This document shows, piece after piece, positions 51,877-64,000 of a stretch of 64,000 bases of DNA; position 1 is the first letter of the stretch; the number at the start of each line of letters is the position of its first letter. A program made the position numbers and the translations under genes. The notes under the pieces were generated by a model. It did no database searches, was not told the DNA's origin, and was given only the letters and a program-made list of their open reading frames with translations. The stretch spans positions 13,802,485-13,866,484 of the forward strand of contig NC_057753.1 of NCBI RefSeq assembly GCF_004010195.1, read 5' to 3'. This stretch comes from Chiloscyllium plagiosum. Lineage: Eukaryota.

Positions 51877-54846
51877 GTCATAGAGTCATAGAGATGTACA
51901 GCATGGAAATAGACCGTTTGGTCCAACCAGTCCATGCCGACCAGATATCCCAACCCAATTTAGTTCCACCTGCCAGCACCCGGCCCATATTCCTCCAAAC
52001 TCTTCCTATTCATATACCCATCCAAACGCCTCTTAAATGTTGCAATTGTACCAGCCTCCACCACATACTCCGGCAGCTCATTCCATACACGTACCACCCT
52101 CTGCGGGAGAAAGTTGCCCCTTATGTATCTTTTATACCTTTTCCCTCTCACCCTAAACCTATACCGTCGAGGTCTGGACTCCCCAACACCAGGGAAAAGA
52201 CTTTGTGTATTGATCCTATCCTTGCCCCTCATAATTTTGAAAACCTCTATAAGGTCACCCCTCCAGGGAAAACCGCCCCAGCCTGTTCAGCCTCTCCCTG
52301 TAGCTCAAATCCTCTAACCCTGGTAACATCCTTGTAAATATTTTCCGAACCCTTTCAAGTTTCATAGCATCTTTCCGAAAGGAAGGAGACCAGAATTGTA
52401 CGCAATATTCCAACAGTGGCCTAACCGATGTCCTGTACAGCTGCGACATGACCTCCCAACTCCTGTACTCAATACTCTGACTAATAAAGGAAAGCATACC
52501 AAACGCCTTCTTTACTATCCTATCTACTTTCCACTCCACTTTCAAAGAGCTACGAACCTACACTCCAAGGTCTCTTTGTTTAGCAACACTCCCGAGGACA
52601 TTACCATTAAGTGTATAAGTCCTGCTAAGATTTGCTTTCCTAAAATGCAGCACGTCACTTTTTTCTGAATTAAACTCCATCTGCCACTTCTCAGCCCATT
52701 GGCCCATCTGGTCAAGATCCTGTTTTAATCTGAGGTAACCCTCTTCGCTGTCCACTACATCTCCAATTTTGGTGTCATCTGCAAACTTACTAACTGTACC
52801 TCTTATGCTCGCATTCAAATCATTTATGTAAATAACAAAAAGTAGAGGATCCAGCATGGATCCTTGTGGCACTCCACTGGTCATAGGCCTCCAGTCTGAA
52901 AAACAGCCGTTCACCATCACCCTCTGTCTTCTACTTTTGAGCCAGTTCTGTATCCAAATGGCTAGTTCTCCCTCTATTCCATGAGATCTAACCATGCTAA
53001 TCAGTCTCCCATGGGGGACCGTGTCGAACGCCTTACTGAAGTCCACGTCGATCACACTACTACTCTGCCCTCATCAATCTTCTTTGTTACTTCTTCAAAA
53101 AACTCAATCAGGTTTGTGAGATATGTCTTCCCACGCACAAAGCCATGTTGACTATCCTTTATCAGTCCTTGCCTTTCCAAATACATGTACATCCTGTCCC
53201 TCAGGGTCCCTCCAACAACTTGCCCACCACTGACATCGGTCTATAGTTCCCTAGCTTGTCTTTACCGCCCTTCTTAAACAGTGGCACCACGTTTGCTATC
53301 CTCCAGTCTTCTGGCCCTCACCTGTGACTATCGATGTTACAAATATCTCAGCAAGAGGCCCATCAATCACTTCCCTCGCTTCCCACAGAGTTCTCGGGTA
53401 CACTTGTTCAGGTGCTGTGGATTTATCCAACTTTAACCGTTTCAAGACATCCAACACTTCCTCCTCTGTAATCTGGATATTTTGAAAAATGTCACCATCT
53501 ATTTCTCTACAGTCTATGTATCCCATATTCTTTCCCACAGTAAATACTGATGCAAAATATTCATTTCGTATCCCTCCAATTTTCTGTGGGTCCACACAAA
53601 GGCCGCCTTACTGATCTTTTTGAGGGCCATATTCTCTCCCAAGTATCCCTTTTGTCCTTAATATATTTGTAAAAACCCTTTGGATTCTCCTTAATTCTCT
53701 TTGCCAAAGCTAACTCATGTCCCCTTTTTGCCCTCCTGAGTTCCCTCTTAATTATACTCTTACTTCCTTTATACTATTCTAAGAATTCACTCAATCTATC
53801 CTGTCTATACCTTACATATGCTTTCTTCTTTTTTCTTAAAGAAACCCTCAATTTCTTTAGTCATCCAGTATTCCCTATACCTACCAGCCTTCCCTTTCAC
53901 CCTGACAGGAACATGCTTTCCCTGGATTCTTGTTATCTCATTACTGAACCCTTCTGATTTTCCAGCCGTCCCTTTACCTGCAAACATCTGCCTCCAATCA
54001 GCTTTCGGAAGTTCTTGCCTAATGCCGTCAAAATTGGCCTTTCTCCAATTTAGAACTTCAACTTTTAGATCTGGTCTATTCTTTTTCATAACTATTTTAA
54101 AACGAATGGTATTATGGTCGTTGGGCCCAAAGCGCTCCCCCACTGCACCTTAGTCACCTGCCCTGCCTTATTTCCCAAGAGTAGGGCAAGTTTTGCACCT
54201 TCTCTGGTAGGTAATTTCACATACTGAATCAGAAAATTGTCTTGTATGCACTTAAGAAATTCCTCTGCATCTAAACCTTTAACACTATGGCAGTCCCAGT
54301 CTATGTTTGGAAAGTTAAAATCCCCTACCATAACTACCTTAGCATTCTTACAGATAGCTGAGATCTCCTTAGAAGTTTGTTTCTCAATTTCCCTCTGACT
54401 ATTAGGGGGCCTATAATACAATCTCAATAAGGTGATCATCCCTTTCCTATTTCTCAGTCCCACCCAAATAGGTTCCCTGGATGTATTTCCGGGAATATCC
54501 TCCCACAGCACAGCTGTAACGCTATCCCTTATCAAAAACGCCACACATCCCTGCTCTCTTGCCCCCCTTTCTATCCTTCCTGTAGCATTTGTAACCTGGA
54601 AAATTCAGCTGCCAGTCCTGCCCATCCATGAGCCATGTTTCTGTAATTGCTATGATATCCCAGTCCCATGTTTCTAACCATGCCCTGAGTTCATCTGCAT
54701 TCCATGTTAGGCCCCTTGCATTGAAATAAATGCAGTTTAATTTATTAGTCCTACCTTTTCCCTGCCTGCCCTGACTGTTTTACTCACATCTGTTCTCAAC
54801 TTTACCAGTCTCAGATTGATCTCTTTCCTCACTATCTCCCTGGGTC
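51877..54846 (-). mobile_element. Younger CR1 LINE, ORF2 (APE endonuclease + RT) with frameshifts, truncated at the gap
   Basis: YRPPNS...MVGDFNFPNIDW (endonuclease); DFSKAFDTVPH, SGVPQGSMLDPLLFVIYIND, KFADDTK (RT); RPLLEYCVQFWSP. Confidence 0.96.
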
Positions 54847-54858
54847 NNNNNNNNNNNN
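54847..54858. other. Assembly gap
   Basis: Run of N. Confidence 1.
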
Positions 54859-55850
54859 AATCCTCCTCTGGGCTACAGGTTTCCCAGAAGGAAGATGAGG
54901 TCTTGTTCCGCCAATTTGCTGTGAACTTCGCTGTGGCAAAGAAGCAGGCGAAGGGCAGGAAGGGTAGAAACGGACTGTGCAGGTGTTTTAAAATAGGCAG
55001 TGACTGTGACGTAGGCCCCTGCGGGCCAGGCTGTGACACTTGGCGAAATGTGCTCTGACTTTACATTTTGTCTCATAGAACATAAAACATAGAAAAATAC
55101 AGCACAGAACAGGCCCTTTGGCCCACGATGTTGCGCTGAGGTTTAATCCGAATGTAAAATATAATAACTTAACCTACACACCCCTCAACTCACTGCCATC
55201 CATGTGATGTCAAAGATTCTCCACAAGTAAATAAAGGGTGATGCTCACTGAAGTAGACTACATCGTAAAGACTGGATACAATAAACCAGTTTGTACGAGA
55301 AGTAGATTTACCTCTCTCTTTCCTGGAAGGACTGTTTGCAGCGCTGGATGGATATGGGCGTGATGTGCTGACAGGTTTTGCAATTCTTTGGTGTCAGGGA
55401 AAGGTTGTTGGGGAGGTTGACGTGAACCAAGCATTGGCGAAAGGGACAGTTCTCGCAGACGTCAGACAGAAGTCGGGAGAGGAAGTTATTCTTGGTGATG
55501 GGTTTAGTGGGAGTTGGTAGAAATATTTAAGGTTGATTTGTTGGATGTGGGAATGGGAGGGGTGGAAGGTAAGAAAAAGGGGGACCTTGCCTTTATTATA
55601 TTTAGGATGCGATTTAGAGGAGTAGAGCAGGGAATGGAGGAGGTGTAGTGGAAGGCTATCTGCGTGCCAGATCCAGGAAAGACACGTTTTTAACTATAGG
55701 TCGGCATCTGGGATGTTTAGGAGTGCAATGTCTCCTCTTCCGAATAGATTTCAGTGGAGGCAGAGGAAATGGGATAATGTGATGAAGTTCTTGCAGGGTA
55801 CTGTTTGGGTGGCGGTGTAATCCAGGTGACTGTGGAGTCTGTAATGTCCG
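54859..55850 (-). mobile_element. Old Penelope-like fragment with a short CR1-type tail inserted (~55075-55205)
   Basis: LLLCHSEVHSKLAEQDLIFLLGNL resembles a GIY-YIG C-terminus. Confidence 0.55.
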
Positions 55851-56269
55851 GATGTTGATTGTTATTCAGTATATCACATCATTTTAATGAAATTAGTTCA
55901 TTAAAACAAAAGAATTATGTGGTGACGCGGTTTGTCTCGAGGACTGCGCTTTTTCAAAGGGAAGGCATGTCGTTTTGTATCCTTATCTGTGTGACACACA
56001 AACGTCTTTTGGGTTTCAAAGGAAAGACGCCAGTTTGCATGCTACTACCAAGCAGTGAGGAGCAGGATGATCTTCCGGAAACGAACGAGTGTAGACATTT
56101 TACACCTCAAACGAAATGGTATGCCTGATTCTCAGAGCAGTATCTTGGGACATGGTGAAGTGCGGTTATAAACAATTAGGAAGTGAGGAAGGAAGGTAGC
56201 TTTAACTGGCCATTTCCTGATTGAAGAGTGAGTTCTGCATGTTGAGACGCAGGTTTGAAGCTGAGCAGT

Positions 56270-57142
56270 GTGAGACAGTTTCATTAGAAGTTTGCTGTGA
56301 ATAAAAATCTTCTTGAGCTCGTCGCAACATCTATTCTGAGATATTGTGTAGATCAATACGTTGTTGCAGGAACTAAGTAGCTGGAACATGTTGTTCATAT
56401 CTCTCAGGATGCAGTCTATATTTTGGAAACCTAGGCCGTTGAAGTCTTTATCATCTTTAACCATACAAGGAAGAAATGTGATATTTCGTTCGACCACACA
56501 TCAGCAGAAAGCTGACTGAAATAGCAGAGAGCAGTATGATGGACCTCCTCAGATTTTCCACCTCTGGATCTCTGCCACACTCAACATTCCTCAGTTTCTT
56601 GTGTGCTTTTATGCCGGCTCGGGTAAGTTGTAGAGTGAGAACATGAAGCGACAGAATGAGGAGAAAAGGCTGAAAAGGTGAGAATTTGTTTTCCCTCCAA
56701 TCATCGGCAGGTCAGGCAGGTAAGGTGTAAAAGATGGATTTGATGTCACACAACATGGAAGTTTAAGGATGTTGTACAAAGGGGCATTTTTGACGCAACG
56801 CAGGATGCAGATCATTCCAAAGAACAGCGATGCAATTTTCTTAATGCAATATCGGACCTTGGGGCATTGACAGAAAATGGGCACAAAACGGTCGACAGCA
56901 AAGGTTGCAAAGAGCCAGACTGAGGTGTCCCGGCTACAACTGACCACGATACTACTCAGCCAGCCTACAGAGGTAGTGGAGAATACACTGTAAGTAAATT
57001 AGCTGCAGCTGATCCGAGCGAGGGTGCACGCAGAGATGGTGATAAGAAAATTGGACAGGGCAATTCTAACTAGATAGCAGGTTATACACCTGGAGAGCCC
57101 ACATGGTCCGCGGGATACTATTATAATTGACACCCAAGTTGG
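56270..57142 (-). pseudogene. Decayed GPR139-like GPCR exon 2
   Basis: Acceptor cacag|; RDTSVWLFATFAVDRFVPIFCQCPKVRYC, CVKNAPLY and NMFQLLSSCNNVLIYTISQ, with multiple frameshifts. Paralogue of 1-438. Confidence 0.9.
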
Positions 57143-59991
57143 CTGTGACAAACAATACGTTTACTTGTAAAATACGAATTACAATATCTATACTTCATAT
57201 CTCATGCAATTTTATCAGTTGGATGTTGCCCAATTGAGTTCAAACAACAGGAAATGCTCCAGCCAATTCAACACTGAGACCCTCATCGCCCGAACCTGTG
57301 CTAATCCCAGCCAGCAACTATACGGAAGCATTTGGTAATTGTTCAGCATTTCATGCTGAAGTAAACATTTGTCAATATCAGGTCCATTGCAATCAGATCT
57401 TGCTTCTACCAACGCTGTTCTCAAGTCACTGTTTCAATTTCAGTGGCGAACTATCCAAAGTAATGCATGTGTAAAATCATGTGACAAATTCCGTATTCAT
57501 ACCTAAATCTACTTTTCTTGGAAACCTACGGTCACTGACCTACAATAGCATAAGGGGTGCTAATCTCTCAGTTTTCATAACCTTGTTGTTTAGTCCACAA
57601 CTTAGGAACTCAAATGTTATTCCCATTTGGTATCTCAAAATAACTTCATTCCTTCTATTTTTTTCAGCCGGATATTAATCACTCCTGCTGTGCCTTCAGC
57701 TGTCGAGATCAAAATCTCTGAAAATTCATTAGTATCTTATCTCCAATCATTTTTGATCGTGATCTTCCTTTATTGCCCAAGTTTTCTTTGGGAGGTTATA
57801 CGTCAGTTTTCATTCTAAAATCTCTTGACAGTAATCGCCATAACCTTGTGAAGGACAAATAACATCAAAATAAATGGCAAATGCACACAAGTTAACTTTA
57901 ATGGATAATTTCTAAAAAAGACGGAAATCACTCACGTTTATGAACCGTAACTCTCATTAATTCTTAAGACATTAGAGACTGTCCAAAAGCAACACAAGAC
58001 TCTACAACGGTTGTGAGTTTTTCGAGTTCGCATTTCAAACTCCTCGGTTCACTGCAAACATTTTTTTATGATATGGTCTCTAACGCGATTATTGTGCTGC
58101 AGCCATTCAATCTCTATTGCATAGGCCACAAGAGCTGGAGTCATCCAATTGCCTGTTTCTTCCTTCTCCATGACACAACTTTTTCACGGCTTATCCTCTT
58201 TGCCTTCGTGAACATTTCCAGATCAGTGTTGGAAAAGGCACTTGTGTACATTGCTACAAGATGACTCGATGCTACGCTATTTTGGAATTAAATTAAATAA
58301 GCAATAATATAGCATATGCTTATTCAAGCAATGTCGTAAAAACTACTCATAATGACATTGCCTCGGAAACTTTGAATGTAATTTTGGATTTCTCATTCAA
58401 AGAAGTACAATCAATGCACCATATTTATCCTTATGTTCATAATAGCATTTAATACGCTGTCAGAGGTGTCTGATAATATCACTTCATGACTCAGTTTCTT
58501 AGAGGATAATATGCAATCCAGTTTTCAAAGGGAATGGGTAAGATTTGTGGAGATTTACAGCTAAATACAGACTTCAGCAATAACTCTTATCTTCCTTTGT
58601 AACATTGCGCATGGAACTTCAAAAATCGAAAAAAATATACAAGGTAAATTTGTTGCCTGCAAAGTCTGAATTTGACTCTCATCACACGTGGAGTTCTCGA
58701 ATTAATATTGTGCTTGTTTGAGTTGGTAGTGCAACCAGTCTTTGAAATACTTTGAAATGCTCCTGTTTCTGCAAATCTTACATGCAGTTAGTTCCAGAAC
58801 ATCAAGACATTGAAAGTCCCATACGTTTTAGAATTTTACATGAGTGAGCATTTAGGATCAATGTTCAGAGAAATGACATAACACAGATACTAACTACTGC
58901 GTCGATATCCAGAACAATGTCCCTGTGTATCTTAGGAGAAAATCAGACAGGAAAGGGTCAAGAGGGAAAGTGGTTTCAGAAACCAATCATTCCCACGTTT
59001 GCTGGAGTACATGTCAGTCGAAGCTGCCGGGTGAAGACGAAGAAGACATTATCCCTGCATGGTTTTGAGGCAGTAACGTTTGTGATCGCAGCTAAAATGC
59101 GCTGAACAATTGCGACAAAGAGATTGGAAGGCACGCTAGCATGGAATAAACACTAATGTAGCCGTTTAAGCTTCAGATTGCTGTTTTGCGCATCACAGTT
59201 GTCCTGTCTCAGTTCTAACTTCGCATCCATACTCAGGTTAGTTTTGCATCTTCAAAATAAGAACACAAAACCTTGGAGCAGAAGAAAATTGAGTATAACC
59301 TGCTGATCCTGAACTCGACTTTCTTTCCTTCCCTCGGAGTACATGATTTCCTTGTTCATTAAAAATCTGTCTATGTCAATCTTACCGAACCAGTCTGCCC
59401 AGACCAATGCGGTAATGAATGCTGTAGGTCCACTACTTTCTGAGAAAAGAATTTTCTCCTTAGGTCTCAATTAATTGTTCGTCTCTGATCCCCAGATTAT
59501 GCCCACTGATCCGGTATTGTGTATGAAAGGAAAATAAACAAAACTTTCTGCCTCAGTCATGGCAAGTTCCCTAACAACCTTGTAGATTTCAATAAAAAGC
59601 GGGTGGCCTGTCACATGACGGCCCAGCGTTCTAAGATGGTGGAAAGCGATGCTCCGTCCCATTTGCACCCGGCTCTATGTGCTGTGAAAGCCCCTCACTG
59701 ATTCTGACAGAGCAAATCTGGTTTGGCTGATTTCACTGTTACATACTTCATTCCAGTTTACGACTTTTGTGCAATAACAATAAAGCCTCATTTCTTAACT
59801 GGGAAATTAATCTGAGACACTGTGATTACATGCTGAAACTTAACCGCTGGACCACCAGGGAAGGCATTGTCTTACCTTTTATCTTTCCTTAATCATAATG
59901 GTTCTGACTTTTGCTTTCATTTTAGATCACTTTCATGTGTGATAAGTATTTGTTGTTTTCACAAAATTATCATGTCATAGGCTTTTTACAG

Positions 59992-60800
59992 CACAGAAAG
60001 AAATGTCTTTGCCCATCATGTCAATGCCAATAATGCATTCTGACGTAATTCTCCTGCACCTGATCTACAGCCTTCATTGTCACAGAGTTTCTAGTGCGCA
60101 ACTATGTAATAGTCTCACTCTAACGTTTGATTTATCAACGAATTAGGTTGATGTTCGAGATGGCAAAAGTCTGTTTACACTCCCTTGGGTAACTGAACCT
60201 CATGTTCATCCACACTGGGAAATATGCACACACATCCACGAGAGTGAAATAGACCTCACGTGACTAACTCAAAAAAGTGACGATTTGGCTCATTCATGTC
60301 CAATTTTGGACCTCAAAACCGTACCCTGGTTATTGTGATAAGGAAGGAACAATTCGGCCACTTCACTGCCATTGTTATGACCACACTTTTACCACCTCAC
60401 TTTGCAGCTTATACTGCCTCGCCTCCTTCAGCCTGTCACACGAGAGCATTGCTCACTTCAGATGCTTCTTATCTTCATGACGTTGCTGAAGAGACAAACG
60501 TGAATGCAGAATAACAAACTCCAGCAGATCAGATTCAGCGTGCAACTGATATAGAATTATCTTGATATTGTTTCACAAGAAACAAAACTGGAAGAGGGGT
60601 CAAAGTGTTGACATTCCGAAGGTATGGCGAATGCAATAGTGAATCTGATAGGTTACGGGTGAACAGAAACGGAGATCTGGTTAATTGTGTTTCAAATTCA
60701 CGTGATCCGGTTCATCTGAGGCATAAACGCATTGTTTTCTTGGTTCCGTCCGTTGTCAATCATTGTGATTCTGAGAGCTCAGTAACTCTGGAGATTCCGT
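59992..60800 (+). pseudogene. Putative LRRNT-LRR-LRRCT-Ig receptor pseudogene
   Basis: In order across frames: KCLCPSCQC (LRRNT-like), LTLTFDLSTN...LFTLPWVTE...DLT*LT (LRR-like), RPLHCHC...SLYCLASFSLSHESIAHFRC (LRRCT-like), DRLRVNRNGDLV...SVTLEI (I-set Ig-like). Confidence 0.5.
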
Positions 60801-61944
60801 AATCTTCAGTCGCAAGAAACTGGCAAATTTGTTTTGATCAAGGGTTCCGGGACTCGAAACATTAAATCTGCATTTTCTGCCCGCCCCTCTCGCAGTTTCT
60901 GTGCTTCCTTTGAATGCATTCCCTGCCTGGAAATCGGCAGAGAAACAAAATCGAGCAAATCTACTTTATACTCCGACTTCATAAACTGTGGAAATCTGGG
61001 TGTTGCCGGGACCAGATTAACTAATTGTCCTTCCAGGTGTTGTCATGGGAACAACTCTCCTTCTGACTGAAGACAGCGGCAGACTGACAGAATCTTTATC
61101 AACCATATCTGAAAGGGATGTTCAATCAGGAAAATATCTGATAGAAGGATATTTCAAATTCAGATTAAATCACTTTTGCAAAATTAAAGAAGAAAATAGA
61201 ATGTCTTTGATACACAATTACCCCATAGAATTACTTGCGACAGAACCTAGACTCTGAGCAACAGCATTGTCCTGTTCGCTCTGTAAAAGGAACGTGGATA
61301 TTTGAAAAACACTGGCTCTACTCCTGGCCGGCAATCATCTGCTCTTCTATCTCGGGATACTCTCAAGCCTAGTACCCCAATAGGTGTGTGAGACTGAGAT
61401 TGATGAACTGCCTGACGGAGAAAGGGAATGCCTCTATCTGGAACATGGACTCTGAGGACAGGTTGTTCAGTCTTCCGAACGAAATTGTGACATTAAAACA
61501 CGTGTTTATATATTCAAAGATTATTTTACAGGATTTGGGCATCACTGGTGGGCCAACACTTATTATTTATGCCTAACAGCCATGAAAATGATACTGGTGA
61601 GCTGGGTGCTTGAACTGCTGCTGTCGTTGGTGCATGAGGATACCGAGAGTGTTGTTTGAAAGGGAGTTACGAGATTTTGTCTGCGACACACATAGGACTA
61701 TAATATATTACAAAGTCAAAATGATGAGTGACTTGGAAGAGCCGGTTAGAATGGTATTGCAAATGATGACTCGGGACTTCCAATTGGATTTGGTTTATCA
61801 CTGGCTCAATAGATCCTCAAGTTGTCGAACAGCCTGGATAATCGGCACCAAGAGACCCATAGATCCCTTCTATTATAACAATGAAATCTGTTGCTGAAAA
61901 ACAATTATAGAAAATAAAATCTACCTGTAATTTTAAACAAGTTT

Positions 61945-62425
61945 TATTTGTCTTGTGGGATCTGCTATCACTCTGTATCAGCGCAGCACTAATGGAACAA
62001 TAATGCACAGCGCTGTTGAAGGCGACATCGTTATTGGTCGCCAATTCAGTGATCGTCATAGTTTTATTAAGTTTCACAGAGAATGGATCAGGGGAGTCTT
62101 CAAATACACATGGTGTGAATGGTGCTGTGGTTGCTGACTGTACGAGCAAACGTTCAGGATAGAATTATTTGTCTTCAAGTTACATGTTACTGTGACGTTA
62201 ATTCCCTCTTCAGCTACATATCAGGAACAGTCTATTCCGTTGTATTCCACTGACTCCATGCTAATTAAACAAGCAAAAAAAAAACAGTAATCATGATTAT
62301 TATCGACATTGTTTTATTAGTAGAGACATACAGGGGTACAAAAATTTAGGCCGTGGAATTGGAGTTTTGCTGGCAAAGCAATACCTTCTGAGAAGACAGG
62401 TAATGATGAGCAGCAATGCGAGACA
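61945..62425 (-). pseudogene. TCR V pseudogene (duplicate of 9441-9897)
   Basis: Acceptor ttaattag|; WSQWNTTE*...EEGINVTVTCNLKTNNS...YSQQP...FSVKLNKTMTITEL...NSAVHYCSIS. Leader-like RNCLALLLIITCLL. Confidence 0.8.
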
Positions 62426-64000
62426 GTTTCTCAAAGTATTCTGTAGATTTATAAACTGAGTCTTAGTAAACCTGCATTCGAAATACCCGTTTCAAGCTGC
62501 CCCAGTCATTGACAAACAATGCCGATTGCAACAATTGTTGAAGGCATATGTGGAAGGGAAGGCAGGTCAAAGTGGGAGCAGCAGACGGAAGCTGAGGGCA
62601 GCATTTCTGTAGACACGGCTGAGTGAACTGACTGCTCGGTGCGAGAACAGAAAGTGCAACATGCTACTCAGCCATATCCAGAACTGGTGGATGTTGAGAA
62701 CTCTGTGACCACGCTGTTTTCATCGTAACAAAGTCACTGAGGCGCAAATAGATTGCATGGGGTGAAAAGATCAAGAGTTGTGGAAACATGTAATGCAGGT
62801 TCAGGACATTCAGACATTGGGTCTGGTAATTGTCTTTGAAAGAGCCGAGTAATTATTTCCACCTCATCGCTCTTCCAAATTCTGCAATGATGCATATTGC
62901 ATTCCAAGTATCTTTCCAACACTTCTCTGAAAGTGAGCAGTGTGTCTGCTTTCCTTCTTCTCTAGCACAGTGATTCATCCTTGGTATTAAGTTTGAATGT
63001 GTAAAATAAAGTATATTGATTTTTCTCTAAATTGTTTTGATCATGTTCCTTGGATTACAGAAATTCATACCAGTGAGAATAGTTTAGTCAGTTGGGTATC
63101 AAACGGTCTCTGAGGGACAGGTAAGCTGTATCTTTGATAAATATAAGACCAACATCTCTCTCAAGTGAAATAGAGGCCAAATTGTCCCTCAGGTTCGTTG
63201 GAAATCTTAATGTTTCTCACGTTAATTCAAGAATAAGATGTTTCTCATTCCCGTGGATATCACTTTTTCTCTCAAGTTAGTTACAGATAATATGTCTGTG
63301 TTTATTCAGCTATAGTTCTGATGAGCAGAGTGTGTCGTTATAAAACGCAGAGTTGTGATATCAGAAGTGACATCAGAACAATCAGCTCCATGCTCTTAGC
63401 TCATCCTATCACAAGTTACAGAAGAGGTGACATCTATTGAACCTCAGCTAATTCTTCCAGATTTCTTCTTGTGGGTTTTGCAGTACACAATGGCCCCTCA
63501 AATCCTGGAGCAGATGCGATATGTCTCTTCACGAGCATTCTCGTCTATGTGATCATTATCATTGAGAAGTGTAATGTTTTAAGTAGGATTGACTTTGTTC
63601 AGAGATAAATTTGAAACACAAACAAGCTACACGGTTTAAACCTGCATCTGGCCTAGCTTAGAAATTACATGAATTATTGTGAGCAATTCAGAACTCTTCA
63701 TGACAGATGGAGTTAGGGCGACACAAAATATAAATGAAAAATGGTTCCAGCGACTATACTAATATGGAAGAATAACTTGCACCACGAATCAATATAAAGT
63801 TTGTGATTTTTTTCTCTACTCTCGAGAAGACAGGTGATTTGACTGATTTATATCTTTAGATTGATTAATGTGCGTATCAGACTTGGAGAGGATGCTTTCA
63901 CCACATCTTCGTTCCCAAAAATTTCCAACTGGGAATGCAGACGAAATTTCTTCAACCAGAGTTTTGGGCGAACTTGGCTCTCAACGCCATGAGAGTAGGT

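Larger units (their letters stand above)
56708..63020 (+). repeat. Second copy of an old segmental duplication of 1-10435
   Basis: Colinear blocks: 1-1030~56708-57720; 6052-6183~58582-58714; 7243-8815~58715-60273; 8816-10435~61285-63020. Confidence 0.9.

Noticed and set aside
1-64000. TCR constant exons or a conventional FGxG J cluster
   Set aside because: None recognised, so alpha vs delta usage of each V cannot be assigned from this window.

Overview
Vertebrate, not microbial, DNA. It is almost certainly a cartilaginous fish (shark): HE1-type tRNA SINEs, CR1 LINEs and Penelope GIY-YIG fragments are all present. The window is part of the V-segment array of a T-cell receptor alpha/delta locus. 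About ten leader/V/RSS units lie on both strands. One is apparently intact (12966-13487), two have an essentially intact V exon but a stop or a dead leader, and the rest are decayed. A decayed cassette resembling the shark NAR-TCR lies at 23.2-28.5 kb (IgNAR-like V upstream of a leaderless 'supporting' V-delta with a CDR1 Cys). Interleaved with the V segments are four two-exon-type GPR139/GPR142-like class A GPCR genes: one intact, one with a single nonsense codon and two decayed. Relics of non-rearranging receptor genes are also present, including a probable LRR-LRRCT-Ig pseudogene. An old segmental duplication (1-10.4 kb vs 56.7-63.0 kb) copied GPCR, LRR-gene and V sequences together. CTCF-like motifs sit just 3' of some V RSSs. 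There are two assembly gaps. All calls come from manual reading and translation; no database search was run.
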